From Azolla caroliniana (Eukaryota > Plantae > Polypodiophyta): a stretch of DNA of 64,000 nucleotides. The notes under the pieces were generated by a model, which was not told the origin of the DNA, made no database searches, and saw only the letters and a program-made list of their open reading frames with translations. A program made the translations under genes and the position numbers. This document shows, in pieces, positions 27,206-37,145 of this stretch; within the stretch, counting starts at the first letter, position 1; each line of letters begins with the position of its first letter. The stretch covers positions 6,696,001 through 6,760,000 of the forward strand of contig JBHGNT010000008.1 in NCBI GenBank assembly GCA_043228905.1, given 5' to 3'.

Positions 27206-30200
27206 ATGTCTTCAAAGAGAATCAAGCGCGAGGACTCCAGGTAGGCGTCTGACACTGTGGACATTTTTGTAAATATGTTTCGTTTCTCAAGAACTCGATA
27301 CGCCGTATCGAGTTCATGTATACAATACAAACTTTATACATGAACTCGATACGGCGTATCGAGTTCATAATTTGTTTTTGCTTTTTATACAGGAACTCGA
27401 TACGCCGTATCGAGTTCCTGTTTAAAACCTACACTTTAAACACGAACTCGATAAACCTACACTTTAAACAGGAACTCGATACGCCGTATCGAGTTCGTGT
27501 TTAAAGTGTAGGTTTTAAACAGAAACTCGATACGCCGGCGTATCGAGTTCTTGTTTAAAGTGTAGGTTTTAAACGGGAACTCAATACGGCGTATCGAGTT
27601 TCTGTTTAAAACCTACACTTTAAACAGGAACTCGATACGGCGTTAAACAGGAACTCAATACGCCGTATCGAGTTCCTGTATATAAGAAGGCTTTGAGAGA
27701 GAAAAATTGTGTTTTTGGGGTAACAAATAATTATGGGGTGGAAAAGATATCAAATTGTCTGGCAAAATCAGTCTTTTTTATGTTGACTTTCCTTACTTTA
27801 AAAAAAAAACCAATTCTAATTATAGGTGTTTTATGACCTACTTTAGCTTAAAATAGTAGAAAAGGATCCACAAATTGCCTTTACGATAGCAAATTCTCCT
27901 CAATATAGGTTTGGAATCTATATAAGTCATACCTACTATTTAAAAGAATATATAACCCTGTTTACTTATTACGATATATATTTTCTAGGTTGAATAGCCC
28001 TGCCTATAATAGATTTTTGAATATAGGACTGCTACTAGGAACTGTTCTTCATGTTAATATACAACCTTAATCTACGTGACTACCTAACTTATGTTTTTGC
28101 ATATACTTTCTTAAATAGGTTGTTTGAGAACCTGTCGGACCGACCCGTGAAGAAAATAAAGCTTCGCATACAAGGTTCTCCAATCGAAGCCCAGACCAAG
28201 GTAGCTCCTGAGACCATGAAGAGAGGAAAAAAGCTTCTCTTTAACGAAGAGACAAAATCTCAGCCACATAGTGATGTTAGCCAAAAGAAATTTGTCGCCG
28301 CTACTGGAGGTGAAGACCTTCCTGACCGAGATCTAACGGACAAGGAATGGTGTATGCAATATGTCGACTCAAAGAAAAAAGTCGTATTGTATACAACAAA
28401 GAAGAAGGGTGAGGGGCAGCTTGGAAAGGAAACCCCATTTATGTATGGCCGTATTCTACGATTTGACTACGAAGATGCAGATTCGGCCAACATATTGGTA
28501 ATGATAGAGTGCTCCAAGGGGGTACGTAAAGTGTTCCTTTCAGAAGACCTTTTAGTAAAGGAATCTTGTGGGCCAGAAGCGTTCAAAAAAGCACTTGATA
28601 GCTCACAAAACCTTATTGTTACCTTGAGGCCTTATATACAAGGCCATGTAACTCTAAGAGATGAAGTGCCCTCCCCATTGAAGGCCACAAAAAAGGTATC
28701 CAAAGTCCAGTCAAGACCAGCAAAGAAGAAGACAACCAAAATGTCGGATACAGATTCAACAAGTGAAAACGAAGAGGAGGATAATAAGGGGACGCCAGGA
28801 GTTGAGCTGGCCTCGGGTGTTTTGTCATCCGAGCAGAATAAAATAAGGAGAGAGTTAATGCAACGGAAACTGGTCAGGAAAGGGCAAGTGTTTAATTTGC
28901 CTATAACACACATCCATCGGCCCCCTATTGATGAAAAAACAGGTCGAAGACCACTTGAGATTAGAGAGCCTCACCGCATGCATGTTCAAAATCTCAAGAA
29001 AAAAATGAAAATTAATCCTCATGCCACTGTGGTGCCTTTTATTGTTATGGTAGATCCTAAAGAATGTGAAACCATTGAAGATTTTGATATTAGAAAGCAT
29101 GATAAATATAATTATTTTGTCATTGGTGGATCGCATTCAGCAGAGGCACGTCGACAACTTGTGAGAGAACATCCAACCACTTTCTTCCTCAAGTATGCCG
29201 AGTGCAAAATTTATGTTGGGCTCACAACCGAAGAGGCTAAGCTGTTGGCATGGGACCATAATAATGATAATGACTATAGGCCGAAAATGTCGTCCATTGA
29301 GCGTATACGGTTCTTCCACCACGAGTATTTAGACGTGAAACAAAAGTTTGGTGTGAAGTTACATCCAGGCCTTCGACGTCAATGTCTGCATGAAGTCGGC
29401 ATTGTGGTAGATGATAATGTTAGGTCCGATGGTCTTCGAAAGTATGAGTCTTGGTTTCAATTGGCGTTTAGAGATGGAGAAGTATGGGACGTACAAGATC
29501 AAATCTTCTCAATGTGGGAGAATAAGGAGGTAAAGGGTCAACGACAAAAGAAATGTAGGGTTGACCCTCAACTAGAGTTAAAGTCACAAGCCGCCAAGAA
29601 AATTGACTTGACAATTGAAGAAGCGGCAGATGACATGAAGCTGTCTCTATGGAGAGCGATGCAAGGTATTAAGGACGAGCAGCTTCTTGTGTCGGTTTTG
29701 TCAAGGGTTGTGGCGAAAGATTTAAGCCTTGAAGAAATGGTCACTGAGTTCAATAAGTAAGTCTTTCAAATACTGAAATTGTAGTCTATCTGGTGTAATT
29801 CAAAGTTCTAATCTTGATTTCTAATTTTACAGTCATAAGGTGTACATGAAGATCCAAGAAGTTATGATGAAACAACTTGGATGTATAACTTGGGAATAAG
29901 TGACCGAGGATTATCCTCTAACGTCTTCGTATAAGGCGTTATCAGAGTATTTTATTGCATTCAAGGATTGGGTTAGTATTCATGTTTTTTCATTACCCTT
30001 TCATCATATGTAGAGCTTGTATAATAATACCTGATGTCCTATTGCTTCTATTAGAAACCGTGTCGAGGCAAGAAACAAGGAGAAGTTAAGGATATACACG
30101 ATTTCCCTACATCCTTCCTTGCACATCTCGAGCGAGCCAGAAAAGAAAAGGATCGTCGCTTAGTCAAGGCGTACGAAATGGAGGAAGATGGCTCCTTTAA

Positions 30201-31344
30201 AAAATTTAGCCACAAAAAAGATATTACGAGAGATCTTTACTACAATGTGGTTTGCGGTGATGTCATCGACTTGATCCCGAAGATGCCAAAGAAGGAATAT
30301 ACGCTAATGATTGTGGATATTCCTTACGGATTTCGAATGGCTGGGTCATCATACGACGATGAACCGTTTAGGTTTAAACAATTGGAGAAGATGGTCAAGG
30401 ATTTCGCTGAGCTAACGACCGCATCCTTGTGGCGAATAGTTGTCTTTCATAGTATGGACCAAGGGTACTCGGTAGCTCAAGCTTTGAGATCTCGTTGCCA
30501 TGGCATCGAGAACCTTGCATGGTAAGGATTATTTATAGGTGTCTTTCACTATATTGCATTTCTTAAGGTTGTTGAATCTATTCTTAACTCGATGAATTAT
30601 TTTTTATAGGATCAAGACCAATGTAAATAGAGGGCCAACTTTTCGGTTCGTTAATGCCATTGAATACATAACGGTTGGCTACTTCGATGAAATTAAGAAA
30701 CAGAGAATCAAAGAGCATTCTAATGAAGTGGGAGGTTCAAATCTGTTGGTATATCCAGCAGTGACACGGAAATTGCGACATGTCACCACGACAGAACGGG
30801 GACTTGTCAACCCATACCAAAAACCTCAACGACTTATGATGCCCTTGATCGAGATGTTTTCTGTCCAAGGAGACCGGATATTAGATCTCTTTTCTGGCAC
30901 AGGTATTCCTCGAACTAGGGTAACGATCTTGAGATAAACAATCACTTTTTTTTCGTTTGACAACTAAATCTTCTTGTTATTTACATCACAGGAACTACGT
31001 CAGCATGTGCATTGAAGCTGTTTAGAAATACAGTTGCATTGGAGAAGGACGAGGACCAAGTTATATTTATTAATATGCGGATTAAGGCTTTGTGGGAGTG
31101 CCCAGACCAGGATGAGGAGGTCGGTGCAAAGAACCTCGCCAATACAGAAAGGTTTCAACCTGCTTCGCGAGAGCCTATTCCTCCGTTAGCTGGCGAACCG
31201 GGGGAGCTAATAGAGCTTGATGATGAGCTTATAGAAGATATTTCGTTGGCTCGGCTAACAGGGGAAACCAATGCACGTATAGCCGAAGACAGTTCTACAC
31301 AAGATGATGAAGAAAATGACGTTGATGAATTGATTGCTATGTAA
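27206..31344 (+). CDS. Six-exon ParB/Srx-like domain + beta-class amino-DNA methyltransferase (N6A/N4C) fusion, ~974 codons, one premature TAA in this copy
   Basis: Exons 27206-27240, 28119-29756, 29833-29971, 30055-30521, 30610-30902 and 30992-31344; all GT-AG introns keep one frame (2925 nt). ParB-like VPFIVMVD...YFVIGGSHSAEARRQL...EAKLLAWDHN. MTase motif IV LMIVDIPYG (30316-30327), WIK...E, NPYQKP..L..LI..FS..GDRILDLFSGTGTT..ALKLFRN..ALEKD (motifs X/I). Stop at 29897-29899. Confidence 0.85.
27291..27675. repeat. Array of 25-bp palindromes GAACTCGATACG(C/G)CGTATCGAGTTC, 51-bp period, in intron 1
   Basis: Copies start at 27291, 27342, 27393, 27472, 27523, 27577 and 27651, with partial copies at 27444 and 27628; 12-bp arms around one central base; 26-bp AT-rich spacers. 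Confidence 0.92.
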
Positions 31345-32354
31345 TAGACTCTATGAAGAATATGACACTGACGATTTGTTAAGATTTCACATTATTAATA
31401 CAAATTTTGGGTTTAACCTAGTGGATTCTATTCTTTATGATCTTCTATATGTTTCAATTTTATTTTTATATACTTGATTAGTAGATTTATGACATTGGTT
31501 TCACCGCGTGCATAGCTGACTACCAAACTTATGGAGAAACATGAACTAGTTTAAATGGAGGCTGATTTTGGTCCAAGCTAACCTTAACAGAACATGACCC
31601 TATAATTGTTGCCATGACTGTCCATGTTGTTATTATGGATCTTTGTCTTCTATTGTTAAAACTATTATGTTTCTATTCCATTGCTGCTTAGGTTGTGTAG
31701 TGTGTTGATAATGGTTCCAGTTGCGTTATCGTTCGGAGTTTGATCTTGTGTGAATCACCTAAGCAATAGAGTAGATCAATTTTAAATACAGGTATGAAAG
31801 CCTAATAGGTTTGTTATTTCCACGACATTATCCTAAAGTTCACTGCCTTACATTGTCCACAATTATAAACATATGGTTTGATCCCATATGAACAAACTGA
31901 GGAATAGATTAGATCAACTTTAAATACAAGTATTGAATACTTTAATAAGTTAGTTATTCCAATCACTTATCCTAATGTGCACTATCCTACATTTTCCACA
32001 ATTACATACATGCACGTATGGGTCCAAGTATAAATTATATCTCATTTTATTAGTATGGATACAAGTACACCTCATATTTTTGTAAAACTTACCTAATTAA
32101 TATAAGTCTTTAAGTTAGTGTTTCCCTTGTCGCACAGTAATGACATATTGAGCCATAGTTGAACTTTATTATGCCTACATTAACTTATCAACATGTCTAA
32201 ACTTGCATGATTTCTAATGATCTCCACTCGTAGATCTATCATGTATTTTTATATTTGCGAATTCTCATCAAGTTGACGAACATGTGATACTAGTGCATCC
32301 AATTTTTGTAGAGAGGGTGTATTTGCTTCGTTTTAAGAAGATTCTACAAGTGGA

Positions 32355-32390
32355 ATGCGCAATCCTTCCACTTGTGAACGCGAACGTGTT
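32355..32390 (-). repeat. Right TIR
   Basis: ATGCGCAATCCTTCCACTTGTGAACGCGAACGTGTT followed by TSD CAAT. Confidence 0.95.
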
Positions 32391-32394
32391 CAAT

Positions 32395-33130
32395 ATCTCT
32401 TCTTGTCCGAATGCTGATTTCTCTCCGGAGAGTGTTAGGTGCACATCTTCTAACTTCCATAGCACTTTCTCACAATTGCGAATATGGTCAACTACGAACT
32501 TTCGACATCCTTGATCATCCATAGTCCCATCCTTTTCTTCCACCGGACATCCTTTGATTGGGATGTCATCCAGGAACGACATCGTTATCTCTGGAATGCA
32601 GTCTCCAAGCACCTTGTTCATTGCATTCATCATATGTGCGACCGAGTTTGTAGCTCCTTGTGGTAGTGTACACATCCGAACTAATCCAATCGATGTTCAC
32701 ATCGTAGTGATGTCCCGGCTATCCATAGCTAATTGGAATTGGTCATATCCGGAGTATAGGTCTCCAATAGAGTATATCGCACGTCCGGCAAATGCTTCTG
32801 CAAATTCATCCACTATCGGACTGACTTTGGAGTTCCGGATCATGACCTTGTTCACCGGTTGCAAATCTTGAATGAATTGGAGTAACCCATTCTTCTTAGG
32901 AACCGTAAACCATCGATTTGAGTACGGAGCGTTTGATGGCTCTAGAATTCCCATCGCCACCTTTTCTTTGAGCAATTCAATAATTTTCGGAATATGTGCC
33001 CGTGGCACCGGAATCGGCTTCAAGTTCCACAACACATGATCAATCGTGAAGATCACCATCGGCTACACTATCTTTGGATCAACACACCCTATCTCTTTTG
33101 GTGTGAATGCGAATGCTTTTCCATGTTGCT
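32395..33130 (-). pseudogene. Gypsy reverse transcriptase fragment
   Basis: PYSNRWFTVPKKNG..FIQDLQPVNK, DLYSGYDQF, LPQGATNSV, FLDDIPIKG. Confidence 0.88.
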
Positions 33131-36100
33131 TTTGAAGAGAATAGCGCGGAATATAGATCGGCCACAACCGAGTCTTGAATTAGTTCAATGAGAATGAAAA
33201 CACAGAAGTGGGAATAGTGATAAATACTCGAACACACATGAACAATAGAGAGTACACAGGATGTTTACGTGGAAAACCGTAATAGGAAAAACCACGGGAG
33301 CCCATAGGCTCCGAACTAACACTATTATGAGAGAGGTACAATCAGAGTCTCGGAGGCAATGACCTCGAGCTTTGTTTCTTCGCCAACCAATAGTTACAAC
33401 AGAAACCGTTCTGTATCTCACACTCTCTCACTCTCTCAGTCAGTAGTTATGCACATACAACAATATGGCTACAACACTCTCAAGCGATTGCCCTAAGTCA
33501 TATTTATACTTATATGAACTTAGGGATATTTACAAATATAGCCTCAAAAGGCTTACTCAAAACATATTTACAAATATGTCTTTTCTTCTGGTTCTCACCG
33601 GGTCCACCGACCCGGTTTCTGGATCTCTTTCGGTTCTCACCGGGTCCTCTTCATCCATAACCGCATCCCATCCGGAGGGATCAATTTCCCAACAATCTCC
33701 CCCTTCACTCCGGCATGGGATGTCTCACCAACCCAATCTGCTTTCGGCACGTGTCCAACTTGTCGGTTGTCAACACCTTGGTCAACATATCCCACCCGTT
33801 CTCCTCCGTGTGAATCTTCGTCAGCACGAACTCTTGATCTTCTACTCCTCCTGGATCCAGTGGTACCTCCACTAGATATTTTTCATCCAGGAATGGTAGG
33901 CCGCGTTCTTTGCAAGGTGGATGAATCCTTATTCCACTATCACAATAGAGCCTGTATTCCTCCTGTTGAATCCTTAGCTCTCCGATGAAGTCCTTCATCC
34001 AGATTATCTCCTTGCTGGCTTCCACAACTGCCATTTACTCCACCTCCGTGGTTGACAGCGCAACCGTCTTCTACAGCCTCGATTGCCACGAAACAGCTCC
34101 TCTTGCATAAGTCATGACATATCTGGATGTCGATTGGCTGGTATTCGCATTAGCCAACATATCTAAATCCGTGAATTCATCAAGTTGGGGATTACCGGAG
34201 CCAAACCGGAGGCACATACTCGAGGTGTCTTTCAGATATCGGAGTATCCACTTGACTGCGTTCCAGTGCCTCTTCCGGGATATCTCATGAACTAGCTCAC
34301 CACTCCGACTGCATATCCAAAATCCAGTCGGGTCCATACCATCGCATACATCAAGCTTCCGATGGCAGAGGCATATCGTATCTTCATCATATCCTTCTTC
34401 TCTGCCTTTGTCCTTGGACTTTGTTTTCCGGATAGCTTACAGTTTGCCAGAAGTGTCGATCCGACCAGTTTCGCCTCCAACATGTTGAACCTTTGGAGTA
34501 CCTTTGCCACGTACTTTTCCTGTGATAATCACAATAGCTTCTTCGACCGGTCCCGGATGATGTGCATTCCCAATATCTGTCTTGCCGGACCCAAGTCTTT
34601 CATTGAGAAGGTCTGGTTTAGAGCCTTCTTCAGCATCCGTATCTTGACTGGGTCTCGTTCGACGATCAACATATCATCCACATATAGGAGGAGTATCAGG
34701 AAATCTCCTCCATCAAATTCCTTCACAAACACGCAATGATCACCTTGTGTTTTGTGGTACCCTTCGTCGGTCATGAAGGAGTTGAACTTCCGGTACCATT
34801 GCCGGGAGCTTGCTTCAGTCTGTATAGGCTTTCCTTCAGTCGGCACACCAGGTGCTCCTTCTCTTTCTTCTCAAATCCGTCCTGTTGATGCATGTAGATT
34901 TCTTCTTCGAGGTCGCCATTTAGGAATGCCGTCTTGACGTCCAATTGCACTACCTTGAGGTCCATGCTTGCCGCTATGCCCAATACCGTTCGGATGGATG
35001 TCATCTTTATTACCGAGGCAAAGATCTTGTCGAAATCCACTCCTTGCTTCTACTGGAACCCCTTCACCACGATTCGGGCTTTGTATCTCGGTGGGTTTCC
35101 GGCATCTCTCGGTTTCACCTTGTACACCCACTTGTTCCGGAGTGCTCTCTTTCCTTTTCGCAACTTCGTCAGTTCATATGTGTGGTTCTCATGCAGGGAA
35201 TCCATCTCATCCTGCATGGCACTCAACCATTTGCGGTTGTGGGTGTCTGTCTTTGCTTCTTCGAAGCTTGCCGGCTCCCCCTCATCGGTTAGCAACACAT
35301 GCTCTCCATCCGGAAAATCCGGGGGCTCTTCTCTCTCGGAGAGGATATCTCCGTCCTTGGCTTCTGACTACCGGTTCCTCCGTTTGTTCCTTGTCCGAGT
35401 CCGATTCGGGATCTTGTCTGGTTCCGGCGTTTTCTTCTTCTTCTTCGGTCGGTTCGGTATCAGGCCGGTTCGTCAAGTGTCATCCGGTTACCGGCTAACA
35501 TCCGGTTTTCAACCGGGTAAGTCCTTGTGTCCTCAAGCCGGTTTTCATTGGATGATCTGGAGTTCATCATCTTCTTCTCCAATTCCCAGTCGACAATGGT
35601 CCTGTCTTCCATGAAGATTATGTCCCGACTCCGGAACACCTTCTTGTCAACCAGATCCCACACCCGGTAACCAAACTCATCATCGTCGTATCCAAGGAAT
35701 ATGCATGGCCAGGACTTCGGATCCAACTTTGCTCTCTTGTCCTTCGCCACATGCACGTAAGCGAGACATCCAAACACCTTCAGATGCCGGTAGGATACGT
35801 CATTACCGGTCCATACTCTTTGCGGTGTGTGTCCGTTCAAGGGTAGTGAGGGTGATCTGTTTATCACATAGGTCGCCGTCATCAGCGCCTCAGCCCAAAA
35901 CGTCTTGGGTAACTTTGCATGTGCCAACATGCTCCGGACTCTCTCCATCACAGTCTAGTTCATTCGTTCGGCCAGCTTGTTTAGTTCCGGCATCTTCGGC
36001 ACGGTAAAATTCGAGCCGGATTCCCTTCGACCGGCAATACTCCTCGAACTGCCCCTGGTATTCTCCTCCGTTGTCCGCTAGAACCACCTTCAGCTTCCAG

Positions 36101-37145
36101 CCGGTTTCTCTTTTCACTCTTGTGTGGAGCTCCTTGAAGACGGATAACACTGATCCTTCATCTTCAGTGCTGAGACCCACAACTTCTGGCCGTGGTCATC
36201 TATGAACGTCACAAAGTACTGCGCCCCATCATGTGACTTCGTATCCACTTGACACACATCGGTATGCACCAGCTCCAGTGGTGCATTTCGTCTCATCGGT
36301 GGCCTTGACCGGAAGGAGGTTCGGCTCTGCTTGCCGGCCAAACAATAGGTGCACTTCTCAAGATGCACGTCTTTCACCTCCGGAATGAGGTTGTCTTTGG
36401 CAAGTCTTCTCATCCCCTTCTGGCTCATGTGACACAGTCTCTTGTGCCATAGCTCACCGACAGTGTCGGATGCTACGTTCATGTCTTCCTGGCATATCTG
36501 GGCATTCATCAGGTACATGGTGTTGACCTTCCGGGCTCGAGCCACTATTAGGCTCCCTTTGTAGAACTTCATGACTCCGTTCCGGATGCTACCCGTGTAG
36601 CCTTCTTCATCTAGCCGACCATCTGATATTAGGTTCAGTTGAACCTCCGGAACGTGTCGAACATCCTTCAGTAGCAACTTCCATCTGGTTGATGTCGTCA
36701 ACAACAAATCTCCTATGACGATAATTCGGCATGTACCTTGATTCCCCATCCTGACACAACCATGATCACCACCTGTGTAGGATGAGAAGCATTTCCGATC
36801 CGGTATCAGGTGGAATGACGCTCCGGAATCGACAACCCACATTGTCTTCTCACCAACAAGGTTTAACTCATTCTCCTTAGTAATGAGCATCAATTCCTTT
36901 TCACTTGTCGCGATTGCCGACGTTCCTTTCCGATCCGGGCCTCTCCGGTCTGAACCGTTTTGGTCCGAACTCTTCTTCAAATCGGTAGTGCTAGTTTCAT
37001 TCTCTTTCCGGAAATGCCGACAGTTCTTCTGGAAATGCCCCGGCTTCCCACAGTAGAAGCAAGTAGGCCTCCCCCTTGACTTCGACCTCGTCTCCGATTT
37101 GTCCCTATTTTGAGGACTCCGATACCGGCCTCTTCCCCGGTTGTG

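Larger units (their letters stand above)
23233..32390. mobile_element. Cut-and-paste DNA transposon, Sola-like, carrying a ParB-DNA methyltransferase gene
   Basis: 36-bp TIRs AACACGTTCGCGTTCACAAGTGGAAGGAT(C/T)GCGCAT at 23233-23268 and 32355-32390 (1 mismatch). 4-bp TSD CAAT at 23229-23232 and 32391-32394. Removing the element plus one TSD restores host RT ...GQEEILVVGHLC in frame. Confidence 0.93.

Noticed and set aside
27291-27675. CRISPR array (palindromic repeat + constant-length spacers)
   Set aside because: Most spacers are copies or inversions of one sequence, there are no cas genes, and the array lies in a spliceosomal intron of eukaryotic DNA.
28051-28118. ORF-track start MLIYNLNL... 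for the 569-aa ORF
   Set aside because: This stretch is the AT-rich end of intron 1; the upstream exon 27206-27240 splices in frame at 28119.
24170-29899. Stop codons rescued by U-to-C RNA editing or readthrough
   Set aside because: Such editing is organellar; similar TAA/TAG/TGA lesions occur throughout neighbouring nuclear TEs and are explained by deamination.
27206-31344. Bacterial contamination or restriction-modification operon
   Set aside because: The gene has five frame-preserving GT-AG introns, lies within TIRs and a TSD inside a plant retroelement, and no restriction nuclease is evident.
23233-32390. Assignment to hAT, Mutator, CACTA, PIF/Harbinger or piggyBac
   Set aside because: The 4-bp CAAT TSD, AAC termini and DNxxxENKN / GHTHxxID motifs do not fit these; Sola-like is the best fit but remains unverified.
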